A DNA stretch of 64,000 nt from a virus. Its lineage: Duplodnaviria > Caudoviricetes. The notes below the pieces were generated by a model. It searched no databases and had not been told where the DNA came from. It worked only from the letters and a program-made list of their open reading frames with translations. Of the stretch, positions 56,078-64,000 are shown one piece after another. The translations under genes and the position numbers were made by a program. Where the stretch lies: positions 5,575 to 69,574 of IMG/VR virus record IMGVR_UViG_3300010376_000034. The stretch is one strand, 5' to 3'. The stretch's first letter is position 1. Each line of letters opens with the position of its first letter.

Positions 56078-56460
56078 TTGACCCGTGTGGTCGGACCTTT
56101 CCGCCAGCCTTCTCCCATGGTGCGCGCCCAGCCATCACGGCCGATGCCGGTAATGCGGTCGCAGCCCTTCCTCGCCGCCCATGCTTCGACGCCGGAATGA
56201 AGTTTTTTGAGTTCCCCAAGGTCGGGCCCCTGGAGCCAATAGTTGAAATCGCGCAATCCAATCGGCCAGTCGAAAAACTCGCCCACAATCACGCATTTCT
56301 CCGTCGACCAGAGAAACGCCTTCCCCGTGGAAATGCGCCACCACACTTGTTCTTTGTTGTGGGTCGGACCAAACTCGCACAGCGATGCCCACAACCAGGG
56401 CCAGCAGCGATCAAACTCCGCCTGCAACTCCGTCAGGTTATCGGTCGACCGGGGCTCCAT
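56062..56460 (-). CDS. Small tail-assembly / GNAT-like protein
   Basis: EAWAARKGCDRITGIGRDGWAR, a pattern typical of podovirus genes preceding ejection proteins. Confidence 0.6.
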   Translation of the reverse strand: MEPRSTDNLTELQAEFDRCWPWLWASLCEFGPTHNKEQVWWRISTGKAFLWSTEKCVIVGEFFDWPIGLRDFNYWLQGPDLGELKKLHSGVEAWAARKGCDRITGIGRDGWARTMGEGWRKGPTTRVKWLAR

Positions 56461-56887
56461 GATTCGCGAATCTACACGAGCTTGGACCTACCGGGAACAC
56501 ATTCGCCACATCACGGATGGCGTCTGGGTCCCGATGTACGACGATGCCGGCAACAGGCTCAAAGACATCGAGGGCAAGCGCGGGGTGCGCGCGCAGAAGG
56601 CCGACGGCAGCTATATCGGCTGTGACTTCATCAGAATGCAGCCCGGCAGCAGCTTCCCCATGCACACGCACGCTGGCGAGCACGTGCTCTACATCATCTA
56701 CGGCGAGGGCTTCGTCCACATCGGCGGCGAGGACATTGCGGTGCGTGCCGACCACGTGATTCACATCCCGGCCGAATGCCCGCACAATGTCTGGTGCGCT
56801 GAGCGCTCGCTAATGTTTGCCGCCACCGGTCATCCGCACGTCCGGGTCGATGCTCACGACCGGATGAAATCGTTGTCCTCGACGTAG
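56459..56887 (+). CDS. Cupin-domain protein, antisense to the late operon (start uncertain)
   Basis: PMHTHAGEHVLYIIYGEG...IHIPAECPHNV. Confidence 0.75.
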   Translation: MIRESTRAWTYREHIRHITDGVWVPMYDDAGNRLKDIEGKRGVRAQKADGSYIGCDFIRMQPGSSFPMHTHAGEHVLYIIYGEGFVHIGGEDIAVRADHVIHIPAECPHNVWCAERSLMFAATGHPHVRVDAHDRMKSLSST

Positions 56888-56895
56888 AGTTCATC

Positions 56896-57939
56896 CTAGG
56901 TCGCGTCGTGGCGGAACTCGAACTTCTCATCAATGAAGTTGATCGGCGTGTGCATCGGCAGGATGTATTGCAAAGAGCCGATCTTGATCTTGCCGTCGCG
57001 GTAGGCCGCATCCTTGTGGAACCGGTAGATCAACTCCTTGGCCGGCCACTTGTAACTGCGCCAGCCTCCCTTCGTGCGCTCGCCGACGTTGTTCATGCTC
57101 CAAAGTTGGAAGCTCTCGGTGTTGTAGAACGGCGCATAATAGTCGTGCATGTACTGCGGGGTGATGCCCTTGCGATTGCGCGCCGCCGCGAAACTCACCG
57201 TGCGCGTATAGACATTTTGCCATTTGAAGACGAAGTTGATCCACCAGAACATGTCGAAGTTGGTCTTCAACTCGACCGGCGCATTTTCCTTCAGGCGCTC
57301 GAACACCTTGACGACGAAAAACCGTGCCGCCGCCGCATCGTCCCACTTGTCCTCGTAGACGGCCTGGAACAGCTTTCGGTCATACGGTTCGAGCATCCTG
57401 TCGAAGCCAAAATGCCCGGCCACGGTGCCGATGATATCGGAACCAAATAGCTGGTCGTTGCCTTCGCCGCTGACGAGGAGCTTCTTGAGCCCCAGGATGT
57501 ACGGAAACAGCATCACGGACTTGCACCGCAGCCTGCCCCGGATATGGGCCCGGTAGAAGCTGGGAAACTCATCGATGGAACCGTCCGAAAGCAACACGAC
57601 GATACGTTCTTTCTCCGGGGCCATCTTGATCAGCGACGTGAGCGCGCACGTGCTGTCGATACCTCCAGACCAGAACACATAGATTTCCGTGTCTAGCTTG
57701 TGGGCGCAGGCGATCAACTCCGTCGCACGTACATTGCAAGTCTCCTCATAGCTCGCGTTGTAGGCACGCATTGCCGGCACGGGAAACATCGACTTGGCTC
57801 GTACCGGAAACTTCATCAAGCCAGTGCGGTCGAGCGGCGCCGTGGCGTAGCACTCGAAGTAACGGTTGAACAACCGGAGCGCAGGCAGCTTGGCGTGCCA
57901 GCGCGCAAGATACTCCGGCCTGTAGTGCACAAAGCTCAT
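56896..57939 (-). CDS. Stand-alone asparagine-synthetase-like ATP pyrophosphatase (no glutaminase domain)
   Basis: VFWSGGIDST PP-loop; LVSGEGNDQLFG. Confidence 0.7.
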   Translation of the reverse strand: MSFVHYRPEYLARWHAKLPALRLFNRYFECYATAPLDRTGLMKFPVRAKSMFPVPAMRAYNASYEETCNVRATELIACAHKLDTEIYVFWSGGIDSTCALTSLIKMAPEKERIVVLLSDGSIDEFPSFYRAHIRGRLRCKSVMLFPYILGLKKLLVSGEGNDQLFGSDIIGTVAGHFGFDRMLEPYDRKLFQAVYEDKWDDAAAARFFVVKVFERLKENAPVELKTNFDMFWWINFVFKWQNVYTRTVSFAAARNRKGITPQYMHDYYAPFYNTESFQLWSMNNVGERTKGGWRSYKWPAKELIYRFHKDAAYRDGKIKIGSLQYILPMHTPINFIDEKFEFRHDAT

Positions 57940-58586
57940 CGCTTTGCCCGCATGGTATCGAAGAACTCTCTGCGAAACTCCCTGAGCACCAGGTCGCACT
58001 TTGCCGGCATATCCGCTTGCTTGAGCGCACCCAGGTATCTCAACCGGAACGATTCCGTCTTCAGCAGCAGATCATCATCAAGGCGTGCCTTGAGTAGTAT
58101 CTCGTCGGCCACGGCGCGCATGGGAAGCCCGGAGATTTCCGAGTATTGCAACAGGTAGGGAAACTCCAACTCGTCGTCACCCTCCCGATATTGTTGCGCC
58201 TCCATCTTCTTCGCGACATAGACTCGGTCCTGTCCGACCACCCCGTTGATCAAGGGAAAGCGCGCTCCCGACAAGGTGCGGAATATCTCGATCAACGCAT
58301 GCCCTTTCGCGGTCGCAAGCGCCGCGGCGTCCACAAGACGCTGGTCTATGAGCCCTTTCTCGGTTCGCTCAAACAGCCGCTTGCCTTCATCCCACCGCCA
58401 TTGCGGGTAGGTTTTCGGATCGGCTTTAGCCAGGCCGAAACTGCCAAGATAGTTCGGGTGGTTGGCCCAGATGACGTGCACCGTTTCCGGCTCGCTCTTG
58501 ACCAGAAACGCCACGACATCGACGCGATCTGTGAGCACCAACAGCGCGTTGGTCGAAGCATCGATCAGCGCACTAAAGGGAATCAA
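57936..58586 (-). CDS. Hypothetical protein with a tail-fibre-chaperone-like C-terminus
   Basis: QDRVYVAKKMEAQQY...PYLLQYSEISG...ADEILLK; coupled to both neighbours. Confidence 0.55.
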   Translation of the reverse strand: MIPFSALIDASTNALLVLTDRVDVVAFLVKSEPETVHVIWANHPNYLGSFGLAKADPKTYPQWRWDEGKRLFERTEKGLIDQRLVDAAALATAKGHALIEIFRTLSGARFPLINGVVGQDRVYVAKKMEAQQYREGDDELEFPYLLQYSEISGLPMRAVADEILLKARLDDDLLLKTESFRLRYLGALKQADMPAKCDLVLREFRREFFDTMRAKR

Positions 58587-59146
58587 ACCAGCCCGCCGCG
58601 CGCAAAGGCCCGCGCGATTCCGCCGCCCAGCGCGTAGCGTCTCACCTCCGCGCGCTCGCCGGGAAGCATCGCATTGAGACGCTTCTGGCCTTCAAGCAGC
58701 TGCTGGATCACCCGGATGTAGGCCGGATCGGTCTGGTGCGCCATCATCGGTTCGAGGCTCACCCCTTCCGTCACTTGCGGAAGATCGGGATCGTGCGGAT
58801 GGTCGACCAGGCCGCCGACCAGGCCGCCGCGCTGAAGCCCTTGTTCCTCGCGCGGTATGACATTACGAGGCTGATACCAGTTGACGTCAAAATCCTCGCC
58901 CTCTTTCAGGTCCCTTGGAGGCTTGCCAAAAACGCGCCCGCTCCTTTCCCGATCATAAGGCAAAGGTGCGAGTTGTCGCTCTTGCCTCTCGTGTTCCGCT
59001 ACGATTCCCCCATCTTGACGCCCGCGCTCCTTGGAGTACGCAATCGCCAGCGCCTGCGCGCGCGACTGGACGTGGGGGGACTTCCCCACCTCGCCCATCA
59101 GGGTGCGGATATTCTCTTTAAGGTATCCCGGTCCCTGGAGTGGCAT
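58583..59146 (-). CDS. Hypothetical virion-module protein with xxGG motifs
   Basis: SRAQALAIAYS; RQDGG, LQRGG, YALGG, FARGG. Confidence 0.6.
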   Translation of the reverse strand: MPLQGPGYLKENIRTLMGEVGKSPHVQSRAQALAIAYSKERGRQDGGIVAEHERQERQLAPLPYDRERSGRVFGKPPRDLKEGEDFDVNWYQPRNVIPREEQGLQRGGLVGGLVDHPHDPDLPQVTEGVSLEPMMAHQTDPAYIRVIQQLLEGQKRLNAMLPGERAEVRRYALGGGIARAFARGGLV

Positions 59147-59381
59147 CTTGGTTCGCCTTCAGCTGTGCAAGCAGTCGTACCAGCGCGCGTCGGTTCTGAT
59201 ACGAAACGAAGTCCCGGTTGGCGAGGTGTCCGCCCAGGCGCAGCCCGTCGATACGCGCGAGTTCCGCCTCGATTTCGGCAATCAGCTGCGGACGCAGCGG
59301 CGGCACCTCGACCTTGACCGATTCGCCCATGACTTCCCGACGATAGGACTGGGCAAGGTAGCGGTCCAGGTCTTCGCTCAC
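59118..59381 (-). CDS. Hypothetical protein
   Basis: Coupled ORF in the late operon. Confidence 0.5.
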   Translation of the reverse strand: MSEDLDRYLAQSYRREVMGESVKVEVPPLRPQLIAEIEAELARIDGLRLGGHLANRDFVSYQNRRALVRLLAQLKANQDATPGTGIP

Positions 59382-59578
59382 GGCACATTCTTGGGATGGA
59401 TGAACAGCTGGTCGAGAGCGGCGTGCAGTCGCTGCACCGCCTGCGCGACAAGAATCATGGCCGCCGCTTGGCGAACGTCATCCGTCGGCGCCGGTCCTGC
59501 CGGCGGGAAAGGCGGAGGCCAGGTAGGAGGTGTTCCGTTCATTGTCCTATCACCGTCCATTTCGTGCCGTTGTACCAC
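59378..59578 (-). CDS. Hypothetical protein (start may be MNGTPP)
   Basis: Coupled ORF in the late operon. Confidence 0.4.
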   Translation of the reverse strand: MVQRHEMDGDRTMNGTPPTWPPPFPPAGPAPTDDVRQAAAMILVAQAVQRLHAALDQLFIHPKNVP

Positions 59579-59811
59579 ACCAGCACCGTGAAAGGACCGC
59601 CAAGACCTGTCGTTACGGCTTCCTGACCCCAGTTATTATTATGGCTGTCAGTCACACACGCTATCATCCCAATCTTCGGGCTGGGCGGCAAGTTGGCCAC
59701 TGTCACTGGCTGGCACTGAAGGCCGATTACGCCATCGAGATGATCCCCCAGCGCGTTCATCGCCTGCGCAATCAGGCGCCAGTTCTCGATAACGTGCTCG
59801 GCACCGCTCAC
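59539..59811 (-). CDS. Small tail-associated protein
   Basis: GTGA-coupled; GGPFTVLVWYNGTKWTVIG C-terminus. Confidence 0.55.
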   Translation of the reverse strand: MSGAEHVIENWRLIAQAMNALGDHLDGVIGLQCQPVTVANLPPSPKIGMIACVTDSHNNNWGQEAVTTGLGGPFTVLVWYNGTKWTVIGQ

Positions 59812-62603
59812 GGGCGTCTGCCAGCCGGCTTGAGCCGATAGGTGCAGGCGCCGATGCGGGCCGAGAAGCCCTTCACCGGCAGCCAATCGTAGCGCAACGC
59901 CACGTAGCGGGCGCGCACGCGCGGGCTAAACCATTGTCGTATCGGCGTCATCGTATAGGGCCCGAAAGCATGCCGGGGTCCCTGCGCGTAGTTCGCGGCC
60001 GTGAGCGATATCTTGACCCCGCCATTCACCCCGAACCACTTAAAGTCCGGTTGCATCTCGTCGATCATCATCATCGCGCTGCCGTCGCCTATCTCGGAGA
60101 ACCCGGTCTCGACATAGACGCCGCTCATCGCCTTGTCGTCGGCATCGAAGCCGCGTTCATGCTGTTGCACGAGATTGCTCTGATCGGCGCCGAGCGGCGT
60201 CCCCCACACGCTGTCGTCAAGCCAGGCGGAGCGCCACAGCTTGCCACTGTCCCACGCCATGTTCTCGGCAGTGTTTACCTTGACGTAGTGCGCGGATTCG
60301 TTCTGCACCAGCAGCGCCCCGGTTGTCTGGAAGGCAAGCGCCTCTCCTCCCTGCACCAGCTGTGCACCCCAAATCAGACAGCCGTTGGGGGGCACGCCGA
60401 GATAGCTCAGCTGCACACCATTGGTCAGATTGAGATAGACCGTCAGGTCTTGCTCCGTATCGGACGTAAGCGTCATGATATAGCGCAGCCAGCCATTGCC
60501 GCCGGGTCCAGTCGCCTGGATCGTAGGGGTAACCTCGGTCGTTACTCGCACGTAGCCAAGCTGGAACAATGGTGACGTCACGCCGGACGCGACCACGGTC
60601 CCGTGCACCACGTCAAATGTCGCATAGGCGTAGCCAAACTCGCTACCGACACGGAGCGTCAAGTTGCGTGTCGAACTGACGTGGGCATAGACGGAAAAGG
60701 TGTAGGTAATCTCGCTGGCAACCTTGGCAATCGTCTGGGAAATCTGATGCAGCCCCTGCGTCGCAAGCTCTTGGAGATTTATGTTGGCGCCGCTGCCATC
60801 GGGCGCCGTGATGTAGGTCGTCACCGTGCCCTGTAGATCGCGATCCCACCAGCTGATCAACACCATGCCGCTGTCGTCGGTCCAGCCTGACACCCGGTAC
60901 TGCGGTTCGTACACATAGAGCGCCTTGAACAACGAATACGCCTGAGCGCTCGCCCCAGTCGGTGCCCAAGCGCTGATGTTCCAAAGCGCCGCCGACCACC
61001 GCAACAGATTGCCGGACGGATCGATCGACATGGACAGCGACGGGAAATAGAACGCAATCTCGTTGGTAGTGCTGTTGGGCGCCGCATGGCATTTGTTGAT
61101 GTTCACGGTGTCCACATCGTTGAAAACGTAGTCCCATACCGTGCAGGGCACCGGCGTCACGCCACCGCCGGCAAACATCCAGAACTGCTTCAGCGCCTGC
61201 CAGATGGTCATCTGCCCCAGCACACCGACCGCATGCGGCGCGACCAGGCCGCAGCCTGAGCCCATGATATTGAAGCCGTAGATCAACGGCGGCCCGACAT
61301 AACTCATCATCCAGACGTCTCTGTCGGTGAACAGCAACGTCGTCTGCGGCGCCTGGATGGCCCCGACGATGCGCGAACCTTTCGACAGCCGATAGCTGCC
61401 GGCCTGGTTGGAAACCGTCGCGTTATAGACGTCGTAGGTGCCGGCATCCGACCAACGCACCAGCAGCGGGTCGATCACGCCAGAACCCATGACCGGCTCA
61501 GAGCCAAACAGGATCACCTGCGCCTGCGGCATGGCGACGATCATGCCGTTGTTCTGCTGCGGTGCCGTCGCCGGCGGCCCTGTCCCGACAGCCGTAAGAA
61601 ACGGCCCATTGGTGATGGGCGGATGGTAGACCTGCAACGGCCCACCCGATGCGAGAACCAAGCCGTCCTGTCCGAGGTTAGCCAAAAACCACGACTGCCG
61701 CTGGGGATCGCCCAATGGCGCCGACGAAGCCGCCCCAATCACATTGGCCAATGAAGTGTTCCAGGTGCCGTCGGTGCCATGTTCGCTGACACACCCGTCG
61801 TAGACTTGCCGCGAAGCAGCGCCGGAACCGTCCCCTGTTCCCAGCGCCCCCATGGAAAAGCCGAAATGGTCCGCGTCCACCACCGTATCGACAATCACCA
61901 CGGTGCCGGCGGGTGCGCTAAAGTTGATCCCCTCCCAAGTCCCAGGTGCGCCGTATCTGATCGTCGTTGTCTGTTCAAACCTGATGGTGCTGTTGACCGA
62001 GAGCCCGTGCGCCTTCCACGTCACCGTCATCCGGTTGGCAGCGGAGTTGGTAAAGAGGCGCAGGCCCAACGTGCCGCTCTCGGTCACGATCGCAGCCGAC
62101 GGCATATCGAAGGTGAAGCCGCCGGCAACCACGCTCTTGACCGGAAAGAAGGTCCCTGCCGCGATGATTCTTCCGCCGATGGAAATCGGGAGCCCCAGCA
62201 GGAACGTACTGCCCGGCAGAGTCGTGTTGCTGTTGACCGTGACCGTCGTCGAACCGGCCGTGACACTAAAGGTCGCCCCGCCCGCGGGCCCGACTTCCAG
62301 AATCTCTCCGCCCGGGATCGAGACCTGCGGGCCGAGACCATAAATGGCGTCCTCGACCGCGAGTTGAACGCCAAGATCGGTCGCGACGAACAGGTTCTTG
62401 TGATTGTCAAGATCGAGCCAGGCGTGCATGCGCCGGATGATGGCGGCGAAGGGATCGACGAATAGCCGCTGCCATCCGCCCCACTTCTCCAGCAAGCCGG
62501 TGCGCCAACGTACCAGATTGCCGCCGTACCAGGCGGCCGCCGCCTGCAGCTGTGTCGCCTGAGATTGAAAACCGGGGGGCGCCTGGGGTTTCGCCAGCGG
62601 CAT
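59808..62603 (-). CDS. Tail tubular protein B / P22 gp10-like DNA stabilisation protein with an inserted CBM-like domain
   Basis: DPLLVRWSD...AGSYRLSKGSRIVGA...TLLFTD; YTFSVYAH...GNGWLRY...IWGAQL insert. Confidence 0.75.
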   Translation of the reverse strand: MPLAKPQAPPGFQSQATQLQAAAAWYGGNLVRWRTGLLEKWGGWQRLFVDPFAAIIRRMHAWLDLDNHKNLFVATDLGVQLAVEDAIYGLGPQVSIPGGEILEVGPAGGATFSVTAGSTTVTVNSNTTLPGSTFLLGLPISIGGRIIAAGTFFPVKSVVAGGFTFDMPSAAIVTESGTLGLRLFTNSAANRMTVTWKAHGLSVNSTIRFEQTTTIRYGAPGTWEGINFSAPAGTVVIVDTVVDADHFGFSMGALGTGDGSGAASRQVYDGCVSEHGTDGTWNTSLANVIGAASSAPLGDPQRQSWFLANLGQDGLVLASGGPLQVYHPPITNGPFLTAVGTGPPATAPQQNNGMIVAMPQAQVILFGSEPVMGSGVIDPLLVRWSDAGTYDVYNATVSNQAGSYRLSKGSRIVGAIQAPQTTLLFTDRDVWMMSYVGPPLIYGFNIMGSGCGLVAPHAVGVLGQMTIWQALKQFWMFAGGGVTPVPCTVWDYVFNDVDTVNINKCHAAPNSTTNEIAFYFPSLSMSIDPSGNLLRWSAALWNISAWAPTGASAQAYSLFKALYVYEPQYRVSGWTDDSGMVLISWWDRDLQGTVTTYITAPDGSGANINLQELATQGLHQISQTIAKVASEITYTFSVYAHVSSTRNLTLRVGSEFGYAYATFDVVHGTVVASGVTSPLFQLGYVRVTTEVTPTIQATGPGGNGWLRYIMTLTSDTEQDLTVYLNLTNGVQLSYLGVPPNGCLIWGAQLVQGGEALAFQTTGALLVQNESAHYVKVNTAENMAWDSGKLWRSAWLDDSVWGTPLGADQSNLVQQHERGFDADDKAMSGVYVETGFSEIGDGSAMMMIDEMQPDFKWFGVNGGVKISLTAANYAQGPRHAFGPYTMTPIRQWFSPRVRARYVALRYDWLPVKGFSARIGACTYRLKPAGRRP

Positions 62604-62617
62604 GGTTAACCCCTCGT

Positions 62618-63349
62618 TTAGGCGGCAGTAGCCGGACCGGACTGAGCCCCGGTTTGTTCTTCATGCACGCCGGACATGCGCGCGGCCTCCATCATCACGC
62701 CTTGCCGCAGCGATGTGTAGACCGCCTCCCAGCTGACCGCCTTTGCCGGATCATCAGCCTGGGCACCGAAATCACGCTGATAGCCGCTGGCGTAGATCAT
62801 GCACGCAGCGATGAAAAGCTCGGGGTAGAAGACGCTCAGAAAGGTTTCCGGGTTCTCCGGGGCAAGCGGATCGGGCCGGATGTCACCCAGCAACTCCGCG
62901 GGATATGCCTGGTCGGGCGTCGGCATCAGCCGCACCTGATAGGAGATATCCGTCCCGGGCAGCGGCGCCGGCGTATTGAGACCGAGGACTGCGTACTTCA
63001 TCGGAAGACCGGGATTGAACGAGGCGTCCGGCCAAAAGAAGTCCAGCGCCTCCGCCGATATTCTTTCCAGCGGCTGGCGCTTGCTCTTGAGCGTGACCGG
63101 AGCCGCCTTGGTGAACACGTTAATCGCACGCAGCACGCGCACGTTGCCCGGCAGCGAGAACTCGCGGATCATCGGAATCAGCACCGCCGGCTGTGTAATC
63201 TTCTTCGCCAGGAAGGCTAGCTCGCGATAAATGCGCCCATCCGCATAGAGAAACATGCCGGGAATGATGCGGGTAAAGTTGGCATCTTCGTCGTTGAGTT
63301 CGACGGTGAGATTTGTCTTCAGCTGGGAAACTACCTCGTCATAGGTCAT
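62618..63349 (-). CDS. Tail tubular protein A / head-tail adaptor
   Basis: MTYDEVV..ADGRIYREL..LMPTPDQAY..FYPELFIAACM. Confidence 0.65.
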   Translation of the reverse strand: MTYDEVVSQLKTNLTVELNDEDANFTRIIPGMFLYADGRIYRELAFLAKKITQPAVLIPMIREFSLPGNVRVLRAINVFTKAAPVTLKSKRQPLERISAEALDFFWPDASFNPGLPMKYAVLGLNTPAPLPGTDISYQVRLMPTPDQAYPAELLGDIRPDPLAPENPETFLSVFYPELFIAACMIYASGYQRDFGAQADDPAKAVSWEAVYTSLRQGVMMEAARMSGVHEEQTGAQSGPATAA

Positions 63350-63681
63350 GTGCGTGACGTTATCCCTCGAACATGCGACCAGAGATTCAGCACATTGCCG
63401 CGCGCGGTGACGACGTTCGCCCGCAAGCGATAAGTCACGCCAGGCAGCGGATTGCCGATACGCTGGATCGTCCCCGTCTTCAGGCTGCCATCTTTCGGCA
63501 CGACCTCGACGGAAGGCCCTTGCAAGATTGTCGTATTCCTCAAATCCACGCCGGCGACCACCCAGACATCCCAAGAGGACGACAGCAAGGTCTCGTTTTC
63601 GTTCATATCGTTCACGAAATCGAGGCCGACGACCTTCGATTCACTGGGCTCCAGGGGGGAGAATTCCCGTCCGCAGTACAC
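63346..63681 (-). CDS. Fibre-tail adaptor-like protein
   Basis: PLEPSESKVVGLDF...ETLLSSSW...GVTYRLRANVVT. Confidence 0.55.
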   Translation of the reverse strand: MYCGREFSPLEPSESKVVGLDFVNDMNENETLLSSSWDVWVVAGVDLRNTTILQGPSVEVVPKDGSLKTGTIQRIGNPLPGVTYRLRANVVTARGNVLNLWSHVRGITSRT

Positions 63682-63684
63682 GAC

Positions 63685-63987
63685 TCAGATCCTCCTCACC
63701 TCATTCTTGAGCATCTCGTCGGGCGCGTCGAGGGCCGTGACGCTCGACGGCTGGAAGAACACGCTTTGGTTAACGAGGAACGGCGCAAGAACCTCGACCG
63801 TCAGCGGCGGCGGCGTGAAAATGATACTGTGGTTCACGAAGAACGGTGGCAGCAACCGTACCAGCGTGATGACGGCGCCAGAGCTATTGCTGGTCAGGTC
63901 GCGATCGAACCAGGAATCAGGTGTCATGCCGCTGTCGTCGGTCCAGCCGGTGAGTTTGTTTTGCGGCTCGTAGACGTAAAAGCTCAT
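63685..63987 (-). CDS. Hypothetical structural protein sharing a module with tail tubular B
   Basis: YVYEPQ....GWTDDSGM...SW.DRDL. Confidence 0.5.
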   Translation of the reverse strand: MSFYVYEPQNKLTGWTDDSGMTPDSWFDRDLTSNSSGAVITLVRLLPPFFVNHSIIFTPPPLTVEVLAPFLVNQSVFFQPSSVTALDAPDEMLKNEVRRI

Positions 63988-64000
63988 CAGATGAACTCCG

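Noticed and set aside
56896-57939. Calling the PP-loop protein QueC (7-deazaguanine pathway)
   Set aside because: It has the AsnB-type SGEGxDQLFG motif, lacks the QueC C-terminal Cys cluster, and no queD/queE/folE/dpdA is in the window.
155-64000. Many long antisense or alternate-frame ORFs (e.g. 7732-8703, 12617-13684, 19394-20614, 25411-26574, 54773-56200)
   Set aside because: They shadow well-supported genes, are Arg/Ala/Gly-rich without motifs or RBS, and are expected at this GC content.
1-64000. CRISPR array, tRNA, rRNA, IS element or integrase
   Set aside because: No regularly spaced repeat-spacer series, T-arm/cloverleaf, or transposase/recombinase catalytic motifs found by eye; CCGCACCA near 16340 lacks a TTC T-loop.

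Overview
The whole window is one GC-rich tailed phage genome with podovirus-type organisation: P22-like portal, TerL, tail tubular and ejection proteins. No host genes, integrase, tRNA or CRISPR array were seen. The host is probably a Rhizobiales/Bradyrhizobium-like alphaproteobacterium, inferred from a VPGPIVGAGLPGL-type sorting motif. Layout: head and packaging genes on the minus strand (1-11.2 kb); small accessory genes, a strongly C-skewed block, a parS-like site and TerS (11.2-16.2 kb); a structured intergenic region and divergence point (16.2-16.9 kb); a plus-strand early operon (16.9-24.6 kb) with a hammerhead ribozyme, repeated intergenic hairpins, an AAA ATPase and an Acb2/Tad1-like protein; helicase, methylase and ERF recombination genes (24.6-35.8 kb); then minus-strand lysis, polyvalent/ejection and tail genes (35.8-64 kb). 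The strongest second-look items are a complete type III hammerhead ribozyme just upstream of the AAA ATPase, a 23-Cys/Gly-rich domain at the N-terminus of a 2620-aa ejection protein next to a stand-alone asparagine-synthetase-like ligase and a cupin, a signal-less HiPIP-like protein, and a recurrent xxGG motif in virion proteins. All family assignments come from motif recognition by eye; no searches were run.
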